A stretch of 64,000 nucleotides of DNA from Candidatus Micrarchaeota archaeon (GTDB lineage Archaea; Micrarchaeota; Micrarchaeia; Anstonellales; Bilamarchaeaceae). Under the pieces are notes generated by a model. The model did no database searches, was not told the DNA's origin, and saw nothing but the letters and a program-made list of their open reading frames with translations. The stretch lies in NCBI GenBank assembly GCA_964552755.1, contig CAZKHX010000001.1, positions 18,007 through 82,006 on the forward strand. Reading direction: 5' to 3'. Both the position numbers and the translations under genes were made by a program. Positions 47,486 through 58,233 of this stretch are shown here, one piece after another. How positions within the stretch are numbered: position 1 is the stretch's first letter; every line of letters starts with the position of its first letter.

Positions 47486-47538
47486 GCTGATATTACGGGC
47501 CGCATAACCCTTAAAAAACGGCGAGCAGAAAACGCACC

Positions 47539-47934
47539 ATGCATAGGTTCCTGGAGCACACCTCGGACGAGCTCCTCGAGGTGAAGAGCCCTGATTTTGC
47601 AAGCGCGTTCCGGGAGCTTGCGGAAGCGACGTTTACGCTTATAGGGAAAGGCGGGAGCGAAGGGCATTCCATCACCATAAAGGCGTCGGCCGATGATTTC
47701 GGGGCACTCGCGGTGAAGCTGCTTGAGGACCTCGTGGTTCAGTGCGAGCTCACGCCCCTTTCTCCGGTGCGTGCCGAAGTGGTGAGGGCGGACCCTGAGA
47801 AGAAGGAAGTGGAGATGAAAATCCACGGGGAGAGGAAGAACCCGAAGAACGTGATAAAGGCGGTTACTTACGGGATGCTCATTGCGGAGAAGACGGCAGA
47901 GGGATGGCACTTCCAGGTGCTTTTTGACATATAA
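47539..47934 (+). CDS. Archease
   Basis: 'MHRFLEHTSDELLEV' (HTAD/HTSD motif) and ~130-aa size. Confidence 0.7.
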   Translation: MHRFLEHTSDELLEVKSPDFASAFRELAEATFTLIGKGGSEGHSITIKASADDFGALAVKLLEDLVVQCELTPLSPVRAEVVRADPEKKEVEMKIHGERKNPKNVIKAVTYGMLIAEKTAEGWHFQVLFDI

Positions 47935-47964
47935 CTGAATTACGGGGAGTCTATGTAACCCTGG

Positions 47965-48573
47965 TTACATTGGCTCATACCGGACCTTCCTGTTTTCTAC
48001 AATAAAGCGGCCCTTGCAGAAGTCCGCCACCACTTTCCTCATGAGCTTGTGCTCATAGGGCAGAATCTTCTCGGAAACCTCATCCGCGCTTTTGCAGCCC
48101 CCGATGTAAACTGCGGTCTGCTCGATTATCGGCCCGGTATCCATGCCCCCGTCCACGAAATGCACTGTGCAGCCCGAAACCTTCACCCCGTAATCAAATG
48201 CCTGCCCCTGTGCGTGCAGCCCCGGGAAAGAGGGCAAAAGCGCAGGGTGGATATTTATCATTTTCCACTTGAACGGCTCAAGCAGCGTTTCAGTAACTAT
48301 GCGCATGTACCCCGCAAGCACAACGAGCCCGACCCCTTTCTCCTTCATTATCTCAGCGGTGCGCGCATCCATCTCCTTCTTGCTCCCAAAACCTTTCCTC
48401 TCAACCACTTCTACGGGGATGCCGTTGCTCTCTGCCCGCTCTATCGCCTTTGCCTCAGGATTATCGGTAACGAGCACAACAATTTCCGCATCGATGTCTT
48501 CTTCCTTTATCCCGTCTATTATCGACTGGAAATTGCTCCCCCTCCCGCTAGCAAGCACGCCTATCTTGAGCAT
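47965..48573 (-). CDS. purN: Phosphoribosylglycinamide formyltransferase (GAR transformylase)
   Basis: 'IGVLASGRGSNFQSII' and 'NIHPALLPSFPG'. Confidence 0.9.
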   Translation of the reverse strand: MLKIGVLASGRGSNFQSIIDGIKEEDIDAEIVVLVTDNPEAKAIERAESNGIPVEVVERKGFGSKKEMDARTAEIMKEKGVGLVVLAGYMRIVTETLLEPFKWKMINIHPALLPSFPGLHAQGQAFDYGVKVSGCTVHFVDGGMDTGPIIEQTAVYIGGCKSADEVSEKILPYEHKLMRKVVADFCKGRFIVENRKVRYEPM

Positions 48574-48603
48574 GATTAGAATGCGCAGCCCGCTCTTAAA
48601 AAC

Positions 48604-49152
48604 CTATTTCCTGCAGCGGATTATTTCCTTCTCGGTGACTATGATGTCTACGGGCACATCATGCTTCTCCTTTGGCAGCGAGTCCACCACCTGGAATGAG
48701 AATGCAATCCCGACCTTCAGCACATTCCTCTTCCCCTTCAGGTACTTGTCATAATAAGCGCGCCCGCGGCCTATTCGGTTGCCCTTGCGGTCAAAAACCA
48801 CCCCGGGCACGATTACGAGGTCCTTTCCCGTTGCGTATTCCTTCTTTGCAGGCTCGGGGACGTTGTACGACCCGTTCTTGGTCTGGTGCACGGGGCTGTA
48901 CTTCACGAATTTCATGTCCTCGCCCTCGACCACCGGCACGAGCACGTTTTTTCCCCCCACCCAGCAGTGCTTTATCATAGCGAGCGTCTGCACCTCGTCG
49001 TCTTTTGCAAGGTAGAAGCCGATTTTTTTCGCCTTCCTGAACTCCGGGAGGCCGAGGAGCTTCTGCATCACCTTCTCGCTGAGGAACTCGCGCTCCTCCT
49101 CCGCAAGCTCCTTCCTCTTTTTGAGCATCTCATTCCTGAGGGACTGCTTCAT
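48604..49152 (-). CDS. 5-formyltetrahydrofolate cyclo-ligase (MTHFS)
   Basis: 'VIVPGVVFDRKGNRIGRGRAYYDKYL' is the conserved C-terminal motif. Confidence 0.8.
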   Translation of the reverse strand: MKQSLRNEMLKKRKELAEEEREFLSEKVMQKLLGLPEFRKAKKIGFYLAKDDEVQTLAMIKHCWVGGKNVLVPVVEGEDMKFVKYSPVHQTKNGSYNVPEPAKKEYATGKDLVIVPGVVFDRKGNRIGRGRAYYDKYLKGKRNVLKVGIAFSFQVVDSLPKEKHDVPVDIIVTEKEIIRCRK

Positions 49153-50365
49153 ACACTTCCTCCATCATGTAGAAAGTACCTGTTGCCACTACCATTCCAT
49201 CTTTTGGCGTTTTGGAGAGTGCAAGCCGCATTGCTTCCGCAGGGCTTTCAGCAGCCTCTGCAGCACAGTATTTTGCGGCTTCTTCAGCCAAAACATCAGG
49301 CTCTTCTGCTCTTTCCGTTTTTGGCTTTGTTAATATAAACCTTTGTGCCACCCCCGAAAGCAGCCCCAGCATTCTCTTCCAGTCCTTGTCCTTCATGCAG
49401 CCGAACACGACTGTGGCATCCTTTTTCCCGAAGAGCCGCACCGCCTCCACGAGCGCCTCCACCGCTGCCGGGTTGTGCGCCACGTCCGCCACCACCAGCG
49501 GCTTTGTCCGAAGCACCTCCATCCGCCCCCTTATCCTTGCCCCCGCAAGCCCCTTCCTTATCGCATCCTCAGGGCACCCGAGAAGCTCCGCACCGCATAC
49601 CGCGAGCCCGGCATTCGCCACCTGGTGCGCCCCCACAAGCTTAGTGCTGAGGCTCTCATAAGAGCCCTTCCCCGAATAGCCGAACACGCACCCCCCGGGA
49701 TTCACTGAGAGCGGGAAGCATTCGAAGTCCTCCCCGTAGGCGCTGAGGGGCACGCCCCTCTTCCTCGCTTCCCTCCGTATCACTTCGAGCCCGTTCCCCG
49801 CGCCGGTCACTGCAGGGCCGGACTTCATTATCCCGGCCTTCTCGAATGCAATCTTATCGACAGTGTCTCCGAGCCAGCGCGAATGCTCAATCGAAACATT
49901 GGTAACTATCGAAAGCGCCTCCTCCGCAACGTTCGTTGCGTCAAGGCGCCCGCCCATCCCTACCTCCATTACTGCGAATTCCGCACCCTCTTTCGCAAAC
50001 CAGTCGTACGCCATAGCAGTAACTGCCTCAAAATAGGTAATCGCATGCCCGGAATCCACCCATTCCCTCACCCTTCTTTCATACCCCTCAATCTCCCCCG
50101 GGCCCATCCCCTTTCCATCTACGCTCAGCCTCTCTGAAAACCTGAGCAGGTGCGGGGAATAATACGAGCCGGTGCGGAAGCCCTGCGCCTGAAGGATGGA
50201 GCTGAGCATCGCGGTTACCGAGCCCTTGCCGTTGGTCCCGCCCACCAGCACGGCCTTCATTTCCCCCTGCGGGTCCCCCCAATCCGACAGCAGGGCTTCC
50301 ACCCTTTCAAGCCCCGGGATTGAGCCGAACCGCTCAAGGAAAGAAAAATGTTCCATGTTGTTCAT
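49130..50365 (-). CDS. folC: Folylpolyglutamate synthase/dihydrofolate synthase (Mur-ligase family)
   Basis: P-loop 'VGGTNGKGSVTAM' and 'YYSPHLLRFSERL'. Confidence 0.85.
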   Translation of the reverse strand: MNNMEHFSFLERFGSIPGLERVEALLSDWGDPQGEMKAVLVGGTNGKGSVTAMLSSILQAQGFRTGSYYSPHLLRFSERLSVDGKGMGPGEIEGYERRVREWVDSGHAITYFEAVTAMAYDWFAKEGAEFAVMEVGMGGRLDATNVAEEALSIVTNVSIEHSRWLGDTVDKIAFEKAGIMKSGPAVTGAGNGLEVIRREARKRGVPLSAYGEDFECFPLSVNPGGCVFGYSGKGSYESLSTKLVGAHQVANAGLAVCGAELLGCPEDAIRKGLAGARIRGRMEVLRTKPLVVADVAHNPAAVEALVEAVRLFGKKDATVVFGCMKDKDWKRMLGLLSGVAQRFILTKPKTERAEEPDVLAEEAAKYCAAEAAESPAEAMRLALSKTPKDGMVVATGTFYMMEEVYEAVPQE

Positions 50366-50409
50366 TCGAGGTGGGCAACACTTAAAAATCCCATCTTCCC
50401 AGTAGGCGC

Positions 50410-50880
50410 ATGCAGAAGTTTTACCGCCTTCTGTACCCCATGAGGGTCTGCCTCATCTCCAGCGCTTACGGGAGGAAGGAGGATGTGATGCCTGCCGCAT
50501 GGGTTTTCCCGCTTTCCGCAGACCCTCCCTATTTCGGGGTCTGCGTGACCAAAAAGCGGCATACTTACTCCCTCATCCGGAAGAGGAAAGCATTTGGCAT
50601 AAATACTGCAGGGCCGCGCATGAAGAAGCTCATTGGGCAGGCCGGCACCACGACCGGCTCCAAGGTGGACAAGTTTTCGCAATTCAAAATCCCGAAAGAG
50701 TATGGGCAATTGAGAGTGCCCCTTCTCAAGAACTCGCCCGTGAGCATCGAATGCAGGCTCGTGAAGGAAATCGAAATGGGCGACCACATTCTGCTTGTGG
50801 GCGAGGTGGTGGGCGCGGTGCAGAGGAAGAAGGCAAAGGGGATTTACCAGTCTGAAGGCTCCAAATTGGTGGAATTCTAG
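50410..50880 (+). CDS. Flavin reductase-like (FMN-binding split-barrel) protein
   Basis: 'RVCLISS...DVMPAAWVFPLSADPPYFGVCV' matches the Flavin_Reduct family pattern. Confidence 0.65.
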   Translation: MQKFYRLLYPMRVCLISSAYGRKEDVMPAAWVFPLSADPPYFGVCVTKKRHTYSLIRKRKAFGINTAGPRMKKLIGQAGTTTGSKVDKFSQFKIPKEYGQLRVPLLKNSPVSIECRLVKEIEMGDHILLVGEVVGAVQRKKAKGIYQSEGSKLVEF

Positions 50881-51692
50881 GGCTTTGCGCACTCCAGCAC
50901 GTTTTCCATGAGCATTGCGACTGTGAGCGGCCCGACGCCTCCAGGCACAGGGCTCACGTTCGCCCTCTGCGAAACCCCCTCAAAATCAACATCCCCCACG
51001 ACTTTCCCTTCCACGCGGTTTATTCCCACGTCCACGACAAAGGCCCCTTCCTTCACCATTTCCGCAGTGATAATGCCTGGCTTCCCAACTGCGGCAACCA
51101 GCACGTCCGCCCTGCGCGCATGCTCCGCAAGGCCCTTTGTGCGCGAATGGCACAGCGTTACGGTCGCATTTGCATTAGTAAGCAGGTAGGAAACCGGCTT
51201 GCCGACCATGCTGCTCCTGCCCACGACGATAGCTTCGGAACCCGCAAGCTCCGCGCCATAGTGCCTGAGCATCTCCATCACCCCTTTTGGGGTGGCCGGC
51301 ACGATGGAAGGGCTCCCCTGCGCAAGCCTCCCCACATTGAGCGGGTGCAGGCCGTCCGCGTCGCGCGCGGGAGAAACCGCCTCCACGACCTTCTGCGCAT
51401 CCAGGTGCACGGGCAGGGGCAGCTGCACTATCATGCCCCCGGTTTCCTTCTTGTTCAATTCCTCAATGAGCGAAAGCAATTCCTCTTCAGGGCAATCTTC
51501 CGGGAGCTCGTGCGCCTCGCCCTTTATCCCCAGCTCCCCAGCCTTCTTCACCTTCTTCTTCACGTAAATTTCCGAAGCCGGGTCAAAGCCGACCTTCACA
51601 ACATCCAGCGTGGGCTGGAAATCCAGCGCCTCCACCGCTTCCTTCACCCTCTGCTCCACCTTCTCTGCAACCGGCTTTCCTTCAAGAATCAT
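50877..51692 (-). CDS. folD: Bifunctional methylene-THF dehydrogenase/methenyl-THF cyclohydrolase
   Basis: '[11 protein letters not shown]', 'YVKKKVKKAGELGI', 'LPLPVHLD', 'VVGRSSMVGKP'. Confidence 0.9.
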   Translation of the reverse strand: MILEGKPVAEKVEQRVKEAVEALDFQPTLDVVKVGFDPASEIYVKKKVKKAGELGIKGEAHELPEDCPEEELLSLIEELNKKETGGMIVQLPLPVHLDAQKVVEAVSPARDADGLHPLNVGRLAQGSPSIVPATPKGVMEMLRHYGAELAGSEAIVVGRSSMVGKPVSYLLTNANATVTLCHSRTKGLAEHARRADVLVAAVGKPGIITAEMVKEGAFVVDVGINRVEGKVVGDVDFEGVSQRANVSPVPGGVGPLTVAMLMENVLECAKP

Positions 51693-52639
51693 GCGCTTGC
51701 CTCCTTCTTTTCCGCCTTCGCCTCTTTCCCCACTTCATCTATTATCATGCTCAGCTGCTCGTCCATGTACCTTGCATTGCCCGCTATCGCAGTGTATGTC
51801 TCAAGCTTTTCCTGGGATTGTATCTCTTCCGCAAGCGGGGCCTGCTTCATTTTCCCCCCAGGGGTTATCTCAAATTCGTAAAGGTGGGCCAGCCCCAGTT
51901 TTTTAAGCAATAAATCCCTCTCGCTGCGTGCCTCTTCAAGGTCGGCCTTCACTCCCTCGAGGTCCGCCTCCATCTGCTCCATCTTGGCGGTTTCCTCCGG
52001 GGTGCGGTCTTTTTTGCCCTTGAGCAGGTTCATCGCCTCTTCAGCGGCCAGCCCGTAATCCGCCAGCCATACTGCGCTTTTATATACGTACGCGTTCAGC
52101 TCCTTGAGCTCCTTCAGGTCGTCAAGCACAGTGGTTATCTCGGCCTCGTCCTCTGCCTCCTTGGGCTCAATCTTCCCCGCCTTCTTCCCTTTCTTCACTT
52201 CAGGCCCAACCCCATAATCCTTGCCCTGCAGGTACTCAAGCGCTATCCTGTACCCCTTGAACCCGCCTATCAATTCCGCCTTCTTTACGGCCTCAAGCTC
52301 CACCTTGGAAGGGATGTCCTTGCCCTTTTCCCTGTATTCAGCGATGTCTATCTTTATCGCAGAAGCCGGGTCCTTGCTCATAATCAGCTTCTTGAGCTCC
52401 CAGTTGAGCGCTGAGAATGGGCTGCTGCTTTTCGCGGCCTTGTCCACAAGCCCCTTTTTCTCCCCGGCAGTCAGCTTGATGTGCACATCTATGTACTCGT
52501 ACTTGTGCAGGAGCCAGTCTACCTTGTCCTCAAGCACTTTTCTCTTTTTGGCGAGGCCTCCCCCCTTTTTCTGCACCTGCGTCTGGGCGCCCATAAGAAT
52601 ATTGCTGAACGATTGTTTAAATTGGTTACCTTCCGGCAT
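51689..52639 (-). CDS. Hypothetical coiled-coil protein
   Basis: K/E-rich heptad-like composition. Translationally coupled between glyA and folD. Confidence 0.45.
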   Translation of the reverse strand: MPEGNQFKQSFSNILMGAQTQVQKKGGGLAKKRKVLEDKVDWLLHKYEYIDVHIKLTAGEKKGLVDKAAKSSSPFSALNWELKKLIMSKDPASAIKIDIAEYREKGKDIPSKVELEAVKKAELIGGFKGYRIALEYLQGKDYGVGPEVKKGKKAGKIEPKEAEDEAEITTVLDDLKELKELNAYVYKSAVWLADYGLAAEEAMNLLKGKKDRTPEETAKMEQMEADLEGVKADLEEARSERDLLLKKLGLAHLYEFEITPGGKMKQAPLAEEIQSQEKLETYTAIAGNARYMDEQLSMIIDEVGKEAKAEKKEASA

Positions 52640-53861
52640 AGAGCGGGAACTGGCCGCAAAGCGCCTTCACTTCCTCCTTTATCTTGGCGAGCAGTATCTC
52701 ATCCACTTTCCTGCCCAGGACCCTTGCAATCATCTGCCCGATTTCCTTCATCTCGCTTTCCTTCAGCCCGCGGGTGGTGAGCGCAGGGGTGCCGAGGCGT
52801 ATGCCGCTTCCTATGAACGGCTTCTGCTTGTCATACGGGATTGTGTTCCGGTTGCACACGATGCCTGCCTTTTCGAGCGCCTGCTCCGCCTCCTTGCCCG
52901 TGATCCCCTTGTCAGAAAGGTCCACAAGCAGGAGGTGATTGTCCGTGCCGCCCGAAACAAGGCGGAAGCCGCGCGCCTGCAATTCCTCTGCGAGCGCCTG
53001 CGCGTTCCTCACAATCTGCTGTGCGTACTCACTGAATTCCGGCTCCATCGCATTGTGGAAGCATACTGCCTTCGCCGCGGTCACATGGTTGAGCGGCCCT
53101 CCCTGCGAGCCCGGGAACACCGCCTTGTCTATCTGCTTCGCGAGCCCCTCCCTGCACATTATCATCGCGCCCCTCGGGCCCCTCAGGCTCTTGTGCGTGG
53201 TGGTGGTGATGACGTCCGCATACTTTGCGGGCGATGGGTGCGCACCCCCTGCGATGAGCCCTGCAATGTGCGCAATGTCCGCCATGAGATAGGCGCCGCA
53301 CGCATCTGCAATCTCCCTGAATTTGTCGAAATGCACTGCCCTCGGGTAGGCGGTGTAGCCGCACACGATTACTTTGGGCTTCTCCTCTTCCGCCTGCTTC
53401 CTTATCGCATCGTAATCCAGCTGCTCGGTCTCCTCGTCTACCGCATAGCTTACCGCATTGTACCTCTTCCCGGAGAAGTTTACCGGGCTGCCGTGCGTGA
53501 GGTGGCCGCCCTGCGAGAGCTCAAGGCCCATGAGCTTGTCCCCGGTTTCCATGAGCGCGAAGTAGGCGGCATAGTTCGCAATGGAGCCGGAGTAGGGCTG
53601 CACGTTTGCGTGGTCCACCCCGAAAAGCTCTTTTGCGCGGGTGCGCGCAAGGTCCTCCACCGCGTCTATGTATTCGTTGCCCCCGTAATACCTCTTGTAG
53701 GGGTAGCCCTCTGAGTACTTGTTCGTGAGCACCGAGCCGGTTGCCTCCAGCACCTCCTGCGGCGCATAGTTTTCCGAGGCAATGAGGTTGATTGTGCCCC
53801 TCTGCCTGTCCAGCTCCTTCCTCACCAATGAGTAGACCTCAGGGTCTGCATCCTTCAGCAT
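52626..53861 (-). CDS. glyA: Serine hydroxymethyltransferase
   Basis: '[15 protein letters not shown]' and PLP site '[12 protein letters not shown]'. Confidence 0.95.
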   Translation of the reverse strand: MLKDADPEVYSLVRKELDRQRGTINLIASENYAPQEVLEATGSVLTNKYSEGYPYKRYYGGNEYIDAVEDLARTRAKELFGVDHANVQPYSGSIANYAAYFALMETGDKLMGLELSQGGHLTHGSPVNFSGKRYNAVSYAVDEETEQLDYDAIRKQAEEEKPKVIVCGYTAYPRAVHFDKFREIADACGAYLMADIAHIAGLIAGGAHPSPAKYADVITTTTHKSLRGPRGAMIMCREGLAKQIDKAVFPGSQGGPLNHVTAAKAVCFHNAMEPEFSEYAQQIVRNAQALAEELQARGFRLVSGGTDNHLLLVDLSDKGITGKEAEQALEKAGIVCNRNTIPYDKQKPFIGSGIRLGTPALTTRGLKESEMKEIGQMIARVLGRKVDEILLAKIKEEVKALCGQFPLYAGR

Positions 53862-53930
53862 AAGCCCACATGGGAACTATTGGGCAGATGGTTAAAAAAA
53901 GCAACGCTCTGCCCTTCCCGGAGGTTCCTT

Positions 53931-55316
53931 CTACTGATAGGGATTTATGGTGTCGAGAGTACTGGTTGGCACCGTGCCGGTGTACGGCACGATCTTAATC
54001 TGCCCGGCGCGCACTGCCGCCTCGAGCGCCTCGAGGTCCGCCTTGGAAACCTCCTTCCCGTCAATATAGGCAGTTTTCATTTTTGCCATCTGCAGAACGC
54101 CCATGACGGTCATGTCCGTGGGCTTAGCACCTATCCTGCCCTCTTTAAGCGCCTTATTGAAGGACTTAACCCTGCCTTCAAAAGCGGTATCCGCTCCCCA
54201 TTCTATCATGATGCTGTGAGTTTCGCCCCCGCTTTCGAACGTATATGGCACATGGACGGTTGTTTCCATCGGGGCGATATATGAAGGCCATTCAAGCTCT
54301 TCCCCTGCGGCTTTTTCCGCCCCTTTTTCCTTTGCTTTCACTTCCACCTCTTTCTTGCCCCCCGCCTTTACCTTCCCGGTTGCCGCTTTGCCGGCCTGCG
54401 CCTCTGAAAGTTCGGCTGCTTTTGACTCGCCCCCCGCGATTTCGCCGAGGCCGCCTTTCCCCGTCTCAGCCTTCTTCGCCTTTTTGGCCTTCTCGATAAC
54501 TTCCTCAATGTCAGAAGCGGATTCCTCCTTTTTCTTCGTAACAGGAGGAGCGCCAAGCGATGCAAGCAGCGCATCCGCCTCCTTGCTGTATTTCGGCTTG
54601 CCTTTGCCTTTTTTCGCCTTTGGCGCAGGTTTCGCGGCAGTTTCCTTCTCAATAGCGGCAACGATGCCCGCGCCCTTGGCTGCCTCGGCAGCCTTCTTTT
54701 TCTTCTCTTCCTCTTCCTTGAACTGCCCCGGCATCACCGTGGGCTCGAAAGTCCCCCTCGCCTCCGCGAGCAGGCCCTCCTTCTTCTTGCCCGTTGCGGG
54801 CTTTTTCTTCGGGGCCTTCGCAACCTTGGTTTCCGGCGCCTTCTCCGCCTTTGCCTTTTCCGGCTCCATCGCGGCAAGGAGACCAGCGCCTTTCGCCGCT
54901 GCCTCGGCTTCCTTGCTTACAGGGCCCGTGGAGGCCACCAGCTTGCGCCTTTCGGAAATGCTTACGACTTCCCCGCCTTCGCCATAAACCTTGACATCCA
55001 TGGTCTTGGCGAGCAGCTCCTTTGCGGAAAGTTTCTCCATTTCCCCCACTGTTGTGGAGAACAAGTATGCCGTCCCCTGGTATTCCTTCTCAAAGTTGTA
55101 GGCCTCTTCCCGCATTTCCTCCCGTTCGAATGGGCTGAGCCAGTGCTCGCCCTCCTTGAACGCAACGCCCTTCTGCAGGAGCAAATCATCCATTTTTGCT
55201 CCCTCCGGGATTGGCTCCTTTGAATAGACCTCTAGCTTGTGCCCTTTGTAATCAGTCTCGAACTGAAGCTCCATCTTCTTTTCCGGCCCTTTTGCTTTCT
55301 GCTTGGCATCAGCCAT
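53931..55316 (-). CDS. Hypothetical protein with central K/A/E-rich low-complexity region
   Basis: Globular N- and C-terminal regions flank 'KAKAEKAPETKVAKAPKKKPATGKKK...' tracts. Confidence 0.45.
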   Translation of the reverse strand: MADAKQKAKGPEKKMELQFETDYKGHKLEVYSKEPIPEGAKMDDLLLQKGVAFKEGEHWLSPFEREEMREEAYNFEKEYQGTAYLFSTTVGEMEKLSAKELLAKTMDVKVYGEGGEVVSISERRKLVASTGPVSKEAEAAAKGAGLLAAMEPEKAKAEKAPETKVAKAPKKKPATGKKKEGLLAEARGTFEPTVMPGQFKEEEEKKKKAAEAAKGAGIVAAIEKETAAKPAPKAKKGKGKPKYSKEADALLASLGAPPVTKKKEESASDIEEVIEKAKKAKKAETGKGGLGEIAGGESKAAELSEAQAGKAATGKVKAGGKKEVEVKAKEKGAEKAAGEELEWPSYIAPMETTVHVPYTFESGGETHSIMIEWGADTAFEGRVKSFNKALKEGRIGAKPTDMTVMGVLQMAKMKTAYIDGKEVSKADLEALEAAVRAGQIKIVPYTGTVPTSTLDTINPYQ

Positions 55317-55373
55317 GTTGAACACCATGCTGATATTTGCTCATCCGCCCTTAAAAATAGTATCTTTGGCCCC

Positions 55374-56261
55374 CTACTCCTTCCCCTCTGAGCCTACTCC
55401 CTGGATAATATCGGCCAATATCTTGGTGAGCGGCTCCTTTGCGCCCTTCTTGGGCACTTTCACCTCCACCACTTTGCCGCCCACACGAATGTGGAACTTG
55501 CCCTCCCCGCCGTCAAAGAGGGAAAAGCCCTGCTTAAGCAGCATCCCGAGCTCTATCTCCTCAACGTCCCAGTTGCCGTCCTTGTCCTGCGCCAGCGCAA
55601 CCAGGCTGGATGAGCCCGGCTCCATTATGAAGAGCAGGCCGTTCTTGGAAAAGATTTTCACGCCCTTCTTGGGCTTCCAGGGCAGCTCTATCTCCATGGG
55701 CTGCGCTCCGGTATACTCGGACTTCACGAAGTCCCAGTATTTGAGCGTCCCGTTGCTGCACAGGAGGTACAGCCTCCCGTCCGCAGCGGCCCACGCCGCA
55801 AGGTTGTCGCCCTGTGCCTCCCCGGAGAGCTTGAGCCGGTATTCCGTGCTCATTGAGAAGCCGCCCTTTTCTTCCATCATGAGTGCGTTCCCAAGCATCT
55901 GCGCCCAGCCGGGCGCAATCACCGCATAGTTGTCAGAAATTATGAGCGTATGGGTGGCCGAAGGCTCAACAGCCTTCACCTTGCCCAGCTCCTGTGCGGT
56001 GGGCGTGATGAAGGTGGAATTGGAAATCCCCTCCTTCTTTTCGGTGAAGCTGAGCTCGCGGGTGACCTTGCTGAATTCCACCCACACCTCCATCGTCTTG
56101 TAGGAAAGGACGTGCGTCCAGTGCTTTTTCTCGCCCTTCGCGTACGGGAGCGGCTTCTTCAGGCTGTGGTGCGGCACAACCTCTTCCGCCTCGGGCCCTT
56201 TGGGCTTTTTCTTCGGGACCGCCTTCTTCTGCTTCTTCGCCCCTCCCTTTTTTTCAGGCAT
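55374..56261 (-). CDS. Hypothetical protein (lysine-rich N-terminus)
   Basis: ORF with 'MPEKKGGAKKQKKAVPKKKPKGPE' N-terminus. No domain recognised. Confidence 0.45.
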   Translation of the reverse strand: MPEKKGGAKKQKKAVPKKKPKGPEAEEVVPHHSLKKPLPYAKGEKKHWTHVLSYKTMEVWVEFSKVTRELSFTEKKEGISNSTFITPTAQELGKVKAVEPSATHTLIISDNYAVIAPGWAQMLGNALMMEEKGGFSMSTEYRLKLSGEAQGDNLAAWAAADGRLYLLCSNGTLKYWDFVKSEYTGAQPMEIELPWKPKKGVKIFSKNGLLFIMEPGSSSLVALAQDKDGNWDVEEIELGMLLKQGFSLFDGGEGKFHIRVGGKVVEVKVPKKGAKEPLTKILADIIQGVGSEGKE

Positions 56262-56333
56262 GCTACCGCTCCGTAATGATTTGCCTTATTCTAATTTTTA
56301 AACGGTTATGTTCACAATAATATTGGTGTTTGC

Positions 56334-56717
56334 ATGTGCCCCAAGTTCAAGCCCAAGAAAGCCGAGGAATTCGTATATGTGGACCTCAAGATGAATGATG
56401 CAGGCCTTGCCCAGAACATAATCGGAGACAATAAAGTGCTCGAAGGCCTTCAGAATGGGGACAAGGTGAAGGTCTCCCTCACGGTGGAAACATTCGGGGG
56501 GCAGTACAAGACAATGGAGTTCGATGCAATTTTCTACGCAGAAGGTGGACGCAGCGCAAGCGGCAAGAAGAAATATACGTTCAAGCTTGAGAAGGACCTG
56601 AGTGCAGATGAGCTGGCGCACGTGAATGAGTTCGCGGCGCAGAGCGGCACCAACGCATTCAAGACCGTTTCGCAGGACAAGCTGCCCGGGGGCGGCGCGA
56701 AAGTGCACAAGGGCTGA
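56334..56717 (+). CDS. Hypothetical protein
   Basis: 127-aa ORF. No domain recognised. Confidence 0.4.
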   Translation: MCPKFKPKKAEEFVYVDLKMNDAGLAQNIIGDNKVLEGLQNGDKVKVSLTVETFGGQYKTMEFDAIFYAEGGRSASGKKKYTFKLEKDLSADELAHVNEFAAQSGTNAFKTVSQDKLPGGGAKVHKG

Positions 56718-56757
56718 GCGCATAAACCTTTTAATTCCTTATTCATGAGGTTATCCC

Positions 56758-57888
56758 ATGATTCCTCCGATGGAAACCTACTACTCGGACTTTATCGCAT
56801 TCCTGCAGACGCTGCCCGGCGGCCAGCCGACTGTGGCGTTCGTGCTGTTCGCGATAATGGCGATACTGCTCTATTCACTGGTCGTGCTCGTCATTTCAGC
56901 AATAAGAAGGCTGAGCGGCAAGACCAAGACCGAGCTGGACGACATAATCGTGGACCGGATAAGGAGGCCGCTCAAATACTTCGCCATAATAACCGCAATA
57001 TATCTCTCCATAGGGCTGGTGTACCCCGGCTTCGCCTTTGGGGACTATTCGCTGGAAAAGGTCTTTCTTATCGCACTGCTGCTGGGCGGCGCCTATGGCC
57101 TGGACCGGGTGATTGACGGCCTCATGCTTTGGTACGGCACGGAAATTGCGCCCAAGACCACCAGCAAATTCGATGACGAGGTATTCCCGCTGTTCAGGAA
57201 AATCGTGCGCGCGATAATCTATATACTCGTGCTCCTGATAATCCTCAGTGAGCTTGGGGTGGAGATTGCGCCGCTCATTGCCGGCCTCGGGATAGCGGGC
57301 CTTGCGGTTGCACTTGCCCTCCAGGACACCCTCCAGAACTTCTTCTCCGGGGTGTACATACTCGCGGACAAGCCCATCAAGCCCGGGGACTACATAGAGA
57401 TGGAGGGCATTGCGGGCACGGTTGAGGAAGTGGGCTGGAGGACCACCCGGGTCACCACCTGGGACAACAACAACGTCTACATACCCAACTCCAAGGTCGC
57501 GCAGAGCATAATCACCAACTACTACACCCCGGACATGGAGATGGGATATGCGATGGAGTTCGGCGCATCCTATGACGACGACCCGGACAAGGTCCTAGCG
57601 GCGCTGCTCAAAGCCGCCCAGGAGACCGCCAAGCGGACCGGCAAGGTTGTCGGTGAGCCCAGCGCCCGGGCGGACAGCTTCGGGGAAAGCTCGGTGAACT
57701 ACAAGGTTTTCGTGAAGGTGCCCACCAGGGTGGACAAGTTCACCGTTAAGGGGGAGATGATCAAGGAAGTCTACAATCAGTTCAAGAAGGCAGGCCTCAC
57801 CATACCGTTCCCCACGAGGACCGTCTACATTGAGGGCGAGGAAAAGCCGGTGAAGCTGGTGAAGAAAAAGAAGCGCCGCTCATCTTAG
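56758..57888 (+). CDS. Mechanosensitive ion channel (MscS family)
   Basis: TM3 and beta-domain 'IAGLGIAGLAVALALQDTLQNFFSGVYILADKPIKPGDYIEMEGIAGTVEEVGWRTTRV'. Confidence 0.9.
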   Translation: MIPPMETYYSDFIAFLQTLPGGQPTVAFVLFAIMAILLYSLVVLVISAIRRLSGKTKTELDDIIVDRIRRPLKYFAIITAIYLSIGLVYPGFAFGDYSLEKVFLIALLLGGAYGLDRVIDGLMLWYGTEIAPKTTSKFDDEVFPLFRKIVRAIIYILVLLIILSELGVEIAPLIAGLGIAGLAVALALQDTLQNFFSGVYILADKPIKPGDYIEMEGIAGTVEEVGWRTTRVTTWDNNNVYIPNSKVAQSIITNYYTPDMEMGYAMEFGASYDDDPDKVLAALLKAAQETAKRTGKVVGEPSARADSFGESSVNYKVFVKVPTRVDKFTVKGEMIKEVYNQFKKAGLTIPFPTRTVYIEGEEKPVKLVKKKKRRSS

Positions 57889-58205
57889 TCCTTGCCAATC
57901 TTCTTTATTTTCTTCCCCGCCTTTTTGGCGGTCTTCCCCACTTCCGAGGCGGCCTCCACCACGGTGTCCGCGGCCTCGCCTATCACGTGCAGCTCCCTCC
58001 GCAGGCCGAGCAGGTAGAGACCGAGCACTACCATTATCAATGCAAAGGATACCCTCCACAGCGGAGACTCATGCATCTGGCTGACGATTTCCTGCGCGAT
58101 TACGAAAATGCCGGTAACGAAAAATGCGGCGCCTATGTTGTGCCTCGCCCTGTAGACTGCGCGCCTGAACTTCCCCAAAATTCCGCCGTTCTCCGCCTTG
58201 GCCAT
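57885..58205 (-). CDS. Small membrane protein, hypothetical
   Basis: Two TM helices and a K-rich C-terminus. Confidence 0.4.
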   Translation of the reverse strand: MAKAENGGILGKFRRAVYRARHNIGAAFFVTGIFVIAQEIVSQMHESPLWRVSFALIMVVLGLYLLGLRRELHVIGEAADTVVEAASEVGKTAKKAGKKIKKIGKD

Positions 58206-58233
58206 AGGGAACCATCGGAAAAAAGGTTAAAAG

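Noticed and set aside
51120-53714. Plus-strand ORFs (253 aa, 497 aa) across folD and glyA
   Set aside because: Antisense to highly conserved enzymes. Artefacts of high GC.
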